IMG/VR virus record: IMGVR_UViG_3300038463_000401 | Length of the DNA stretch: 64,000 nucleotides | From: a virus | Direction: 5' to 3' (one strand) | Shown: positions 53,959 to 63,700 of the stretch, in pieces | Numbering within the stretch: position 1 is the first letter of the stretch | Layout: each line of letters starts with the position of its first letter | Program-made: the position numbers and the translations under genes | The notes under the pieces: generated by a model | What the model was told of the DNA's origin: nothing | Databases searched by the model: none | Seen by the model: the letters and a program-made list of their open reading frames with translations, nothing else

Positions 53959-55497
53959 ATGTCCTCCTCAACACCAAATTTGGGCCTTGTTCTACCCGGG
54001 AACGGTGAAGACGTCGGGGATTGGGACGAGCCACTAAATACAAACTTTGGCATCATAGACACGCAGGTTGGCGATATCATCGCGGAGATCGCCGCAGCGG
54101 CGTCTGGCGTTGGCACGCTTTCCCAGTTCCTCGCAGTAAGCCTTGATCTGACTACCGGAGCCCTGCTCCCCGTGCCGGAAGTAGCCGAGGCTGAAAATAC
54201 CTTCCTCTACGGCTATCTCATAAACGGCTCTAGCACACCGAATTACAACCTTAAGCAGCAGTTGGATGCGGTGGGTACGGAGCTGTGGGGCGCGCGCGGC
54301 GGCGCGGCGTCACTCAAGGCGGCTGGAGCCTCCAGCGCTTTTGAGTTCCCTAACCAGCTGGTCTCCGGTCTATCCGGCGTGATCAGCAGCTCCCCTGTGC
54401 CTACGTTCGCCGGCTCCACCGGCCTGAACGTCCACATTGACGGCTCGACGACGCCACTCATGATGATGATCTCGGGCTATACGGCGCGCATTCGCACGCT
54501 CGCCCTTGCGACCGTCCCGTCTACGACCGGCAACGGTTATCTGGTCTGCGCGACTCAGCAGCCGAACGGCACGGTTGTGGTGGACGGCAGCGGTGGGACG
54601 AATGGCTCGACCGGCGCGGACACCCTCGGCAACATGACGTTGTTCACCGACCTCACCACAAACTTCACCACGCAGAATGTGCAGGTTGGCGACTACATCA
54701 CGCTGATCAACGGCAATGATGCGGGCACCTACCTGATCCAAGCGATCGGTGGCTCGTTGCAATCCCCTGGCAGCAACATCAACCAGCTGCAGATCGTTGG
54801 CAACTTCCCCGTGGGGCTACAGTCCGCTATCAGTTACCAAATCTTTGACCCGCTTGGCGTCGTCCTTAGCGTGGTCGCCCCCGCCGGCGCGGTGCCCGGA
54901 GCAGTCCCTTCTAACTCGCTGGCGATCGCCGAAGCGGATGTTTCAGGTGGCACCATCAGCGCGGTACGTCCTAGGAACTACAAGAACGACTTCATAGGCG
55001 CTTGGCAAGCGGTGTCCGTCGCAGGCCCGGTGATAATGCCGGAAGTGATCTATACCCACTACCTCGGCACGGACAAGCTCGATATCGCTGTGCAAATCTC
55101 CCAGGCCAATGATGGCAGCGCCCCGGTGGAAGAGATCGCACTCGGCCAGGTCTCGAACAACCTGTCAGTGGCAATCACGAATGCGCTGACCCTGACGCTC
55201 GCGACTCTGGGTCAGATCAGTCCGTCTAGCGGAACCCTGACTGGCGCGCCAAGCGGCTCCTTGGCCAACGCTCTGGCTACTGGCTCTCCGCCTGCGGCTA
55301 ACTTCGAAGCGCTCAGCGGCTCGATCTCCGCTGCCCTGTCTGGCACTGTAATCGAAACCCGCTCTCTAGCCTTAAAGTGGGATCGCAACAGTGTCCACGT
55401 CAAAGGCCTAGTGTCAGGCATCCTCTATACAGACTATACCGGGACTGCGCAGACCGCTGGCTACCTACGCGTGGTCGCTCGCAGAAGAGGATATTAA
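53959..55497 (+). CDS. tail fibre-like structural protein
   Basis: TPNLGLVLP..WDEPLNTNF N-terminus typical of fibres; beta-rich. Confidence 0.65.
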   Translation: MSSSTPNLGLVLPGNGEDVGDWDEPLNTNFGIIDTQVGDIIAEIAAAASGVGTLSQFLAVSLDLTTGALLPVPEVAEAENTFLYGYLINGSSTPNYNLKQQLDAVGTELWGARGGAASLKAAGASSAFEFPNQLVSGLSGVISSSPVPTFAGSTGLNVHIDGSTTPLMMMISGYTARIRTLALATVPSTTGNGYLVCATQQPNGTVVVDGSGGTNGSTGADTLGNMTLFTDLTTNFTTQNVQVGDYITLINGNDAGTYLIQAIGGSLQSPGSNINQLQIVGNFPVGLQSAISYQIFDPLGVVLSVVAPAGAVPGAVPSNSLAIAEADVSGGTISAVRPRNYKNDFIGAWQAVSVAGPVIMPEVIYTHYLGTDKLDIAVQISQANDGSAPVEEIALGQVSNNLSVAITNALTLTLATLGQISPSSGTLTGAPSGSLANALATGSPPAANFEALSGSISAALSGTVIETRSLALKWDRNSVHVKGLVSGILYTDYTGTAQTAGYLRVVARRRGY

Positions 55498-58400
55498 GTG
55501 ACAGCCAACAAAATAAATGGCTACGGCGCCCCGTATCGCTCCCAGACTTTTCAGGAGCAAGCGAGCTATCAGACCAACCGCAACGGTCTGCTCGCTGTGT
55601 CCGCGCCGGTAACAAGCGGCGGCGGCACAGTTACGGTGCCAGAGTTCTCCTTTATTCAGAATGGCTTGATCGTTGATACAGAAGGCACGCGCACGTTTTC
55701 CGTGCCCAGCCTTGCGGCACCCTACTACCTCGTAGTCACCGCGCCAACCCCGTCACAGCTTGATGACCTGCTGTTCTCGTTTGCAAAGACCCCGGAGGAC
55801 CTGACAACCAACGATATTATTGTCGCGGCATATGACGGCTATGAGTGGCGCTCGCCGCAGCTTTTAAGCGTCGATGGGGTTTATAAGGACATCGACCAGG
55901 CCAACATCGACTTCGGCAGAGTAGGTCCGTACTCTGGCCTTCAGACCACGCTAAGCGGGTCTAACTACCTGAATAGCCCTGGCGTCATAGTAGACCCTAA
56001 TGGTCTGCGTCAGGAGCTGCTCAACCAGGCGTCGTTTCCGGTTGTGGTTACCGATCCCGACTATCCTCGGGTAGACCGCATTGTTTACCGCAAGCCCGCG
56101 GACTCGCCAAACCGCATAGGGATCCGTGAGTTTTTGCTCGGAGGCACCTATGCTGCATCCCCGCAGTCAAGCCATGGCGCAGTAGCGCTTGCCAACACCA
56201 AGGTTCACGGGCCGACCAAAGTCCTCATCGGCACAGATAACGCCGCGCACGTTCTCTGCGCGACGGGGTATGGCGGATCATTTCAGATTTTCTACACGAA
56301 GATCAGCTCCGACCGAACGACGATGCTAGTTGCACCGATGGCCTTACAGGCCACCACTGAGAGCGGCTTTGACGCGGCGATTGATGGCTCGAACAACATC
56401 CATCTGATCACCGTCAACAGCAGCCATATCTATTATGCGAAGTATGGCCCGACCGGCTCCAACTTAGTGGCTGCGACGCTGATCGATGCGCAAGTAACAC
56501 CGAACACCAATCCGACAGTATCGATAGACCCCGCGAACACGAAGGTGTTCGTGGCCTATCAGAGCCTGCTCGGCGCGTCGAATAATCAGATCTTTTTCAC
56601 GACGCGCGACCTGAGCGGCAACCTGATTACGGCGCCCGCGAATGTGACCGGCAACGCCTCCAATTTGCAGACCCCGTCTATCTTCGTCACTGGCGACTTG
56701 ATCGTCTATATAGCCTGGTGCGATACCACACTGGCTAAGATTTACTTCCAAACGTTCACCGATATCGGCGGCGCGCTAACCTCACCGACTTACGTATCTG
56801 GGGCAGTAAACCGCATCGGCTACAGTGCACTTACCGATGGCGCACTAGCCCCCAAGGTTTGGGTCACCGACAACCAGAGCGTGTTCGTCACCTTCCTGCA
56901 GAACAAGGGCTCCTCCCTCTATGGGTTGTCCATCTGGAATGATGGCGTCTCGTTCATGCAGACGCTGCTGGCCAGCGGCGAGAACTTCACCGCTTACGCG
57001 TTGTATGTGGACTCCACGTTTAATGGTGTCGACCTAGTATTGGCGCAGGCCTCGACGACTGATTACGTCAAGCTTGCCGGTGTGAACGTTACGTTTACAC
57101 TGAACCTGGCGGGAACTGCGGCTGCCAGTGTAGCGACGGTTCGCGACGCGCGCGGCTCTATGTTCCATGCATGGGCTGATCCGCTGGCGTCGGGGTTCCA
57201 GACTGCATACACGACCGCGTCCATCAAGGATATTGGCCCTGACGTTTTAAACAACACCTATACCGTGGTGCTGACCTCCAGCCAGCTCTTGATCCTCAAG
57301 TCGCTCTTCAGCGGCGAACAACCGCAGATCGGCGACCAGGTTACGGTCAGCGGCTCCGGCGCTGGCAACAACGGTGCCAAGACGATCTCTCTAGTCGAGA
57401 CTGTAAGTTTCGTCACGACCAACGACTACTACCGTATCACCGTCACTGCGCCGTTCGCCTCGGTCGAGCACTTACCGCCGTCGACGCTTGGCGCCTTCGC
57501 TTCGCCAAATGGTAACGCGTTACATGTGCTAAAGAGCACGTCTGAGCTGACCACTAACGCATTCCAGCTAGTTACGATGGCCACGGATTTGCTGCTCGCC
57601 CGCATCAGCATGCCAGGCTCCCACATCGTTAACTACTTGCCGCCTGGCGTGACGGTCGCCCTCGATGCCACGCTATTCGTGCCGCACGGCAATAACGTCT
57701 CTATAGACTGGGGCGCGACGACTTTAGGGGACCTGACCATCTCCGGTGGTCTGCAGCTTCTGGACATGCTCCACGATCAGAACTACACGCTGGTTGATGG
57801 CTCCTATCCAATGGTAGATGACGACGCGCTGTATGTAGTTTGCGATGGCGTGGATTTTGCCCCCACCCCGCAAGTCACCGCAGTCAATACGCTTCCGTTC
57901 AGCACTCCGATCATCGTGCTTGGCGTCACCAGAGATGGGAAGTTCAACCCCGCGTTGCTCGCGGTGGCAGCTATCACCCAGCTAGACGTCGGCGAAGTAG
58001 ACGTCGTAGGCGAAGACCTCCCCCTAAGCCAGCGCGAGCGGCTCGGTATCCTGAGCGAGACCTCATACCGACCATACAGCGTCGGCACTGAGTACGTCAT
58101 CAATGAGGGCATGGACCATGCCCAAGCGATCGGCGCACTCGACACACAGATTGGCGCAATCGTAAACAACAACCCCAAAGAAGCGTACTGGATCGGCGAT
58201 GGCTCGACGACGATCTTCGACATCTCCACGGCAACGCTGACCAACGGCACGTTTGCCTGGTTGAACGATGCTACGCACCCGGACATCACTTGCGACTACG
58301 ACGGCCGTAAATTGCCGTTTGACCCTCTGTTCGCTAATGGCGGTTTCCGCAAAAACTCCACGACGGCCATCCAGCTAGCCGCGGCGCCTGACATAGGGAC

Positions 58401-59454
58401 GTTGGTCACGGTTCGTCGCGAAGGCACATCGACCGGTGGCGTGCTACCGCCAGCGCCGGGCAACCTCTGGTCCGACCAGGTCGACCACGACATCGTCCCG
58501 CCAGCGGACACTTACAAGGTTGGCACGGCCTCCTCTCCGTTTGCAGAAATGCACACGGATAACGGCTTTCTTAAACAGCTATCTATTGCCACTGCGCTCG
58601 GGAACTGCACGCTGCTTCGCACCAAGACGAACGGCGCGGGCACCACAATCGCCGCGGGCTACCCCGTCTCTCTTTATTCGGATGGGCAGATCTACCCCGG
58701 CATGGCCCTCGGTGCGCCAAACGTCACCTCATATGGTATCGCGCTCCAGGCGATTGCTCCTGCCGCCCAGGGCAAGGTTCTTCTATTCGGCCTGGCAGTT
58801 CCCGGCGTCCTTACCGGCCTGGGCTTCTCGCCTGGCGATACGGTCTATATCTCCGAGACTGGCACATACACCAATGGCTCGACCGGCCTCGGGGATACCG
58901 GCGATGTCATCGCTAGGATCGGCTGGGCTGACTGCGCGGATGCAACCGTATCTGGAACTGCAGTCGACCTCGTTCTCAATTACGAGAAAATTCTCGAAGT
59001 TGAGAATCCGGCCGAAGACCGCATCCTTACAGTCTCAGGGCAGACCGACTATAACTTGCCCACGCTGGTGCTCAGCGCCGACAACTCCATTCTGGATTGC
59101 CAGCTCTGGTACGACACTGGCTACCAACGGCTTGACGGCTCTGGTAGTGAGGGGTTCAAGAAGCTTTCGACCACGTCCATCCGACTGTCATCCGCCCCAA
59201 CTGACGACGGACGCGAGATGGTCTTCCGCAAGGAAGGCATCGCGATCACCACCTCGGGCGGGGGCTCGTTCGATATCGCTAACATTGTGGAATCCCCGCA
59301 ACCGTCCCCGTCCTTCGCGGGCTCGCTGGACATCGGCAGCCTGACCAGGCCATGGTCTGGTATCATCGTGAAGGACGATACGACCAACCAAGTCTGGCGT
59401 TTATCCATCGATAGCGGCGTGATCCAAGCCGTACAAATAGGTACGTACCCATGA
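55498..59454 (+). CDS. large multidomain tail/virion protein (1318 aa)
   Basis: Propeller-like beta repeats, two GDG..F/VDG-type adaptor domains, one DUF2190-like domain. Confidence 0.7.
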   Translation: MTANKINGYGAPYRSQTFQEQASYQTNRNGLLAVSAPVTSGGGTVTVPEFSFIQNGLIVDTEGTRTFSVPSLAAPYYLVVTAPTPSQLDDLLFSFAKTPEDLTTNDIIVAAYDGYEWRSPQLLSVDGVYKDIDQANIDFGRVGPYSGLQTTLSGSNYLNSPGVIVDPNGLRQELLNQASFPVVVTDPDYPRVDRIVYRKPADSPNRIGIREFLLGGTYAASPQSSHGAVALANTKVHGPTKVLIGTDNAAHVLCATGYGGSFQIFYTKISSDRTTMLVAPMALQATTESGFDAAIDGSNNIHLITVNSSHIYYAKYGPTGSNLVAATLIDAQVTPNTNPTVSIDPANTKVFVAYQSLLGASNNQIFFTTRDLSGNLITAPANVTGNASNLQTPSIFVTGDLIVYIAWCDTTLAKIYFQTFTDIGGALTSPTYVSGAVNRIGYSALTDGALAPKVWVTDNQSVFVTFLQNKGSSLYGLSIWNDGVSFMQTLLASGENFTAYALYVDSTFNGVDLVLAQASTTDYVKLAGVNVTFTLNLAGTAAASVATVRDARGSMFHAWADPLASGFQTAYTTASIKDIGPDVLNNTYTVVLTSSQLLILKSLFSGEQPQIGDQVTVSGSGAGNNGAKTISLVETVSFVTTNDYYRITVTAPFASVEHLPPSTLGAFASPNGNALHVLKSTSELTTNAFQLVTMATDLLLARISMPGSHIVNYLPPGVTVALDATLFVPHGNNVSIDWGATTLGDLTISGGLQLLDMLHDQNYTLVDGSYPMVDDDALYVVCDGVDFAPTPQVTAVNTLPFSTPIIVLGVTRDGKFNPALLAVAAITQLDVGEVDVVGEDLPLSQRERLGILSETSYRPYSVGTEYVINEGMDHAQAIGALDTQIGAIVNNNPKEAYWIGDGSTTIFDISTATLTNGTFAWLNDATHPDITCDYDGRKLPFDPLFANGGFRKNSTTAIQLAAAPDIGTLVTVRREGTSTGGVLPPAPGNLWSDQVDHDIVPPADTYKVGTASSPFAEMHTDNGFLKQLSIATALGNCTLLRTKTNGAGTTIAAGYPVSLYSDGQIYPGMALGAPNVTSYGIALQAIAPAAQGKVLLFGLAVPGVLTGLGFSPGDTVYISETGTYTNGSTGLGDTGDVIARIGWADCADATVSGTAVDLVLNYEKILEVENPAEDRILTVSGQTDYNLPTLVLSADNSILDCQLWYDTGYQRLDGSGSEGFKKLSTTSIRLSSAPTDDGREMVFRKEGIAITTSGGGSFDIANIVESPQPSPSFAGSLDIGSLTRPWSGIIVKDDTTNQVWRLSIDSGVIQAVQIGTYP

Positions 59455-60014
59455 CAGTTTACGCAAAAATGCGCGTCGACGGGCTTATCCTCAACCCGGT
59501 GCCTGCGTCCAGCGCGGGCGACGGGGAGATGTATAACGACCAGGACAGCACCCAGATATCCGTCAAAGGATCTGGCAGTGACACAACGCCGATTGGTCCC
59601 TCAGGAAGTAGCAGCAGCCCGCTCATCAAGGTGATGGAGAATCTCTCTGGCGGCGATATCCCTGCGGGCTCTGACGTCTGCAAGCGACCCGACGGCTCAA
59701 TCGCCATGGCGAGCAGTGACACCCCGGGCTTCGAGAACGTGATCGGGATCGCGAACGTCGACATCCCAAATGCGGCCACCGGCGCGGTCGGCCTGCTCGG
59801 CCCGAATTTCCCCGCAGTGCTTACTGGCCTAGGCTTCACTCCCGGGGACATCGTTTACATGGCGGAAAGCTCTGGCCAGTACACGAATGACCTGACCACT
59901 TTTACAAACAGCGACAGAATCGTTCAGGTCGGGATCGCGGATTGTGCAGCGGGCACAGCGAGCACTACAGTAACAGATCTACTCGGCGTCCTCGTTTCGG
60001 AGGTCGTCCCTTAA
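59451..60014 (+). CDS. virion decoration/cement-like (DUF2190-like) protein
   Basis: GIA..VLTGLGFTPGDIVY..G.IADC, shared with the neighbouring gene. Confidence 0.6.
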   Translation: MTVYAKMRVDGLILNPVPASSAGDGEMYNDQDSTQISVKGSGSDTTPIGPSGSSSSPLIKVMENLSGGDIPAGSDVCKRPDGSIAMASSDTPGFENVIGIANVDIPNAATGAVGLLGPNFPAVLTGLGFTPGDIVYMAESSGQYTNDLTTFTNSDRIVQVGIADCAAGTASTTVTDLLGVLVSEVVP

Positions 60015-60023
60015 GGAGAACAC

Positions 60024-60209
60024 ATGGCTAAGAAGAAAAAGAAGGCGGTCAAGGCGAGAGAGCCTAAAGAGGCAGTAGAGTTCCGTCGCAATATCATGCT
60101 GAAGCAGCGAGTTCAAGAGTTTACCGACGCGCTGCAAAAAGAGATCACCCAGTACGGCATCAAGGGGAAGGATCTAACGGTTACGGTGCATCTTCAAATT
60201 AAAACATAG
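60024..60209 (+). CDS. small basic protein
   Basis: GGAGAACAC RBS; Lys-rich N-terminus. Confidence 0.6.
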   Translation: MAKKKKKAVKAREPKEAVEFRRNIMLKQRVQEFTDALQKEITQYGIKGKDLTVTVHLQIKT

Positions 60210-60218
60210 GGGCCCTAA

Positions 60219-61373
60219 ATGTCCGCAGCGAACATCCAATACTTCACATTCGTAAACGGCGTTGGTCGCGAGCTTCAAAACTCGAAGAACCAAGAGCCGA
60301 TCTTCTTGACCGTCTCGGTGTCTTCTGATGGCACCGATCAAGGCACGAAGATTACGTGCGTGAGCGGGAAGTTCGACTTCAACGGCAAAGTGCTGTCGAA
60401 CGCTGCTGCGGGCACTGGCACGGGCCAAGTCCTAATCTGGGACCAGATCGGCGCGAATAGCGGCGTCGCGGGCCTAGACTCGGGCGGCAAGATCCCGCTG
60501 GGTCAGCTGCCTGCTTCCTTGATGGAATACAAAGGCACGTGGAACGCCACGACTAATAGCCCCAGCCTCGCTGATGGAACTGGCGTGTCGGGCTACTTCT
60601 ACCGCGTCCAGACCGCGGGCACACAAAACCTTGGCTCAGGCAGTCAGACCTTCATCGTCGGCGACTGGGTCATGTATAACGGCGCGGTCTGGCAGCTGGC
60701 GCACGCCGGCGCGGATGCGGTCGTCTCGGTCAACGGCCAATCAGGCGTCGTCAGCCTGACCACGGACAACGTTCCTGAAGGCTCGACGAACCTCTATTAC
60801 ACGGCGGCTAGGTTCAACACTGCCTTCAGTGGCAAGTCGACGACTGACCTAGCTGAAGGAGCGAACCTCTACTTCACCGGCGCGCGCGCTGTAACCGCGG
60901 TTGTCGTCTCGACGGTGACTAGCGGGGACACGACCCATGCGCCGTCCGGCGATGCAGTGTTCAACGCCATTGCCGCGGCAACTCCGACGCCTGCGGTCAG
61001 CTTGACTAACAACCAGGGTTCGACCGTGACTGTGCGTCAGTGCGCGTTCATGGATGCCTTCGGCTCAGCCAAGTTGCTAGGTGCAGGCGTCGCGGGCGTC
61101 ACCCCGGACACCCTCTTCCTCCTGGTGAAGGACGCGAGCATCGCCAACACGGTAGCAGGTAACTATTACCTTCCTGGCCAAGTCGTTTCTGGCTTCAGCG
61201 GCGGTTCGTTCACGGTTGGTCTGCCGGTCTATGCGTCGAAAGCCACGCCCGGCAGCTTCCAGCAAGACCAGACAGGCATGGGCACTGGGGACAACGTGAT
61301 CAGCCTCGGCGTCGCGACCTCCGCTACGGCCCTCTTGTTCAACCCGCAGTTCCTCTACCAGATCGGCAGCTGA
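60219..61373 (+). CDS. virion structural protein with C-terminal DUF2190-like domain
   Basis: GVAGLDSGGKIP, YKGTWNA..VGDWV, VVSVNGQSGVV motifs typical of fibre-associated proteins. Confidence 0.7.
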   Translation: MSAANIQYFTFVNGVGRELQNSKNQEPIFLTVSVSSDGTDQGTKITCVSGKFDFNGKVLSNAAAGTGTGQVLIWDQIGANSGVAGLDSGGKIPLGQLPASLMEYKGTWNATTNSPSLADGTGVSGYFYRVQTAGTQNLGSGSQTFIVGDWVMYNGAVWQLAHAGADAVVSVNGQSGVVSLTTDNVPEGSTNLYYTAARFNTAFSGKSTTDLAEGANLYFTGARAVTAVVVSTVTSGDTTHAPSGDAVFNAIAAATPTPAVSLTNNQGSTVTVRQCAFMDAFGSAKLLGAGVAGVTPDTLFLLVKDASIANTVAGNYYLPGQVVSGFSGGSFTVGLPVYASKATPGSFQQDQTGMGTGDNVISLGVATSATALLFNPQFLYQIGS

Positions 61374-61381
61374 TGCTACTG

Positions 61382-61417
61382 CCGGGGCGCCTGCATATAG
61401 CAGCGCCCCGGTTTATT
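61382..61417 (+). terminator. intrinsic terminator
   Basis: ccggggcgc...gcgccccgg followed by tttatt. Confidence 0.7.
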
Positions 61418-61433
61418 CTAACTGGAACACAGA

Positions 61434-61703
61434 ATGACGGCACGCTACACACAGCTCTACGGCGCGGATGGCACCAAAAAAGGCGTACCTTATCCTGGGT
61501 TTAAGGATCAGACGTTTACTGGCGGCGGGGCAACGTTCACCCTTACGGAAACCTTCGATGCAGACAACTGGTTCGACGTGTGGGTAGACGGCATCTTTCA
61601 GGACCCGAGTGCGTGGTCAGTTACCGTTGGCGCGAATACAATAACCCTGGCAAGTTCCGTAGCATCCGGGAGAGCGGTTCGGGTTAGAATCTATCTGCAC
61701 TGA
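61434..61703 (+). CDS. stand-alone fibre adaptor-like domain protein
   Basis: FTL..FDVWVDGIFQ..ITL..G..VRV. Confidence 0.65.
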   Translation: MTARYTQLYGADGTKKGVPYPGFKDQTFTGGGATFTLTETFDADNWFDVWVDGIFQDPSAWSVTVGANTITLASSVASGRAVRVRIYLH

Positions 61704-61710
61704 GGGGCCT

Positions 61711-63675
61711 ATGAAGAAGTTTCTACTCTTACTTTTAGCTATGCTGGTCTGCCCGCGCGCAGATGCCGGCCTTACGATGCCCTATACCGACGAGGTGCAG
61801 AACGCCGCGGCCGACGCCAACACGGGCACCACTGCGGGCGAGCTTTTGTCGAATGACTTGACGGCCATCGGCCAGCACCTCAACGTTCCCCTAAAGCTGT
61901 ATTCAACCGGCACTGACTCAAAACTCCATGTCGGTGCTAGCATCGTTTCCGCTGGTGACGGCGCGGGCAAAGTCAGGCCGCCTCTTAGCGGTGCGCTGAA
62001 TACTGCTTGGACTGATACCACCATCGATTTTCAATCGGGTGCGGTCAGCGGCGGTACAATACATACAAACGGCAGTACGTTCGCCTTACCCACTATTACC
62101 ACTGGCCATTACATCACTATGGCTTTGGGCTGGCGCAGCGATGGTACAGTTGACACAAACTTTTCGCCGGATACGTCGACCCTCGGTGCACAGCAGGATG
62201 TCGGTCTGACGTTTCTGCCTCTCGCAGGCGAGCAGAAGCTTGGATACGTCCTGCTTCAGGCCACTGGCGCTGCGGCATACAAGACAGCTGGATCCGCCAC
62301 CGCAATCATCCAGATGGCTGTAAGCGGCTCTCCTACGATTATTAGATTGCTTGACGCGGAGGCGTCGCCACTGACTACTGCGGGCGACCTCTACTACTTC
62401 TCAACTAAAGACGACCGGCTTGCGCTCGGCGCCACCGGTACCGTGCTTCACGGAGGCAGCAGCGCCCCGTCGTACAGCCAGGTCGTGAATGCCGACGTCG
62501 CTACTGGCGCGGCGCTCGCTTGGTCGAAGCTCGCCACCGGCACAGCGAATCAGTTGGCCTATACCAACGGCTCCGGTGTCCTAACGACATCGTCGAACAT
62601 GGCCTATAACGGCTCTCAAGTCACACTCGACCTGACCGACAGCTATGGCGGGTTCAAGGTCAAGGGAGCGAGCGGTGGCGAAGCATCGTTCAGCTTGCAG
62701 CCGGATAACGTCAGCGACGGCGCCACCGGCCAGTGGATCTTCTACACCAACGGCTCAGGGCTCAATAGTCCCAACGACTTTGCCATGTATGACAGCCAGC
62801 TCAGTGCTCCAGCGCTGATACTGCAGTCCTCAACTGCCAACGTCGGTATCGGCACGAACAACCCGCTGTCCAAGCTCTCTGTGGGCGTGGGCAGCGTCGA
62901 CGGTCTTCGGGTCACGTCCTCTGGATCGGGCTATGCCCGCATTTATGGCCCTGGCACAGGCAGCTATAGGAACTATGGCTGGGCAGCAAACTATACATCT
63001 GCCGGACTCTTTGAGCTGCAGCAGTCGACGACCGCCGCCGGTGACCCAACCCTAACCATCATGGGAACGGATGGAACGCACTTCGGCTTTGGCGGTGGTG
63101 CTAGTGGGCTTAATAGCACTCTTAACGTAGACGGCAACGTCAGCGTAGGGAACGCCTACTACGGAACTGCGGCACCGGTCCATGGGATGATTATCCAGGG
63201 ATATTTGGGACTTGGTACAACAAGCCCCAATACGTCGCTCCATGTTAATGGCGGGACGACTATGCAGGGCCTTAGTTCCCCGTCGCTACCTACCGGTAGC
63301 GCGGGCAACGGCGTCCTTTACTTCGATACTGTAGCGGAGAAGTTCCTCTATTCGGAAAATAATGGAACATTCATCTACTGGGACACCCCGGCTGCCGCCT
63401 ACACACTGACCAACCACACGATCAGCGGCACTGCCAATACGCTGCAGAACCTTGCGACTGAAGATGATTTTACCGGTGATGGGACGACAACCAACTTCAC
63501 CCTAGCCGAGACCATGACGGCTACCCGCTTCGTCCAGGTCTTTGTCGACGGCCGAGTCCAACGCGAAGGCGGCAGCTACTCATGGACTCGCACCAATGCA
63601 ACACCTGGCCATATCGTCTTTAATGTGGCCCCGGACAGCGGGTCTTGGGTCGACGTAACGATCGTGAATCAGTAA
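61711..63675 (+). CDS. fibre-like protein with apparent N-terminal Sec signal peptide
   Basis: MKKFLLLLLAMLVCPRADA; VGIGT..P / LGLGTTSP fibre repeats; C-terminal GDGTTTNF adaptor. Confidence 0.75.
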   Translation: MKKFLLLLLAMLVCPRADAGLTMPYTDEVQNAAADANTGTTAGELLSNDLTAIGQHLNVPLKLYSTGTDSKLHVGASIVSAGDGAGKVRPPLSGALNTAWTDTTIDFQSGAVSGGTIHTNGSTFALPTITTGHYITMALGWRSDGTVDTNFSPDTSTLGAQQDVGLTFLPLAGEQKLGYVLLQATGAAAYKTAGSATAIIQMAVSGSPTIIRLLDAEASPLTTAGDLYYFSTKDDRLALGATGTVLHGGSSAPSYSQVVNADVATGAALAWSKLATGTANQLAYTNGSGVLTTSSNMAYNGSQVTLDLTDSYGGFKVKGASGGEASFSLQPDNVSDGATGQWIFYTNGSGLNSPNDFAMYDSQLSAPALILQSSTANVGIGTNNPLSKLSVGVGSVDGLRVTSSGSGYARIYGPGTGSYRNYGWAANYTSAGLFELQQSTTAAGDPTLTIMGTDGTHFGFGGGASGLNSTLNVDGNVSVGNAYYGTAAPVHGMIIQGYLGLGTTSPNTSLHVNGGTTMQGLSSPSLPTGSAGNGVLYFDTVAEKFLYSENNGTFIYWDTPAAAYTLTNHTISGTANTLQNLATEDDFTGDGTTTNFTLAETMTATRFVQVFVDGRVQREGGSYSWTRTNATPGHIVFNVAPDSGSWVDVTIVNQ

Positions 63676-63700
63676 GATAGCAGCACGAGGGGAAACCGTG

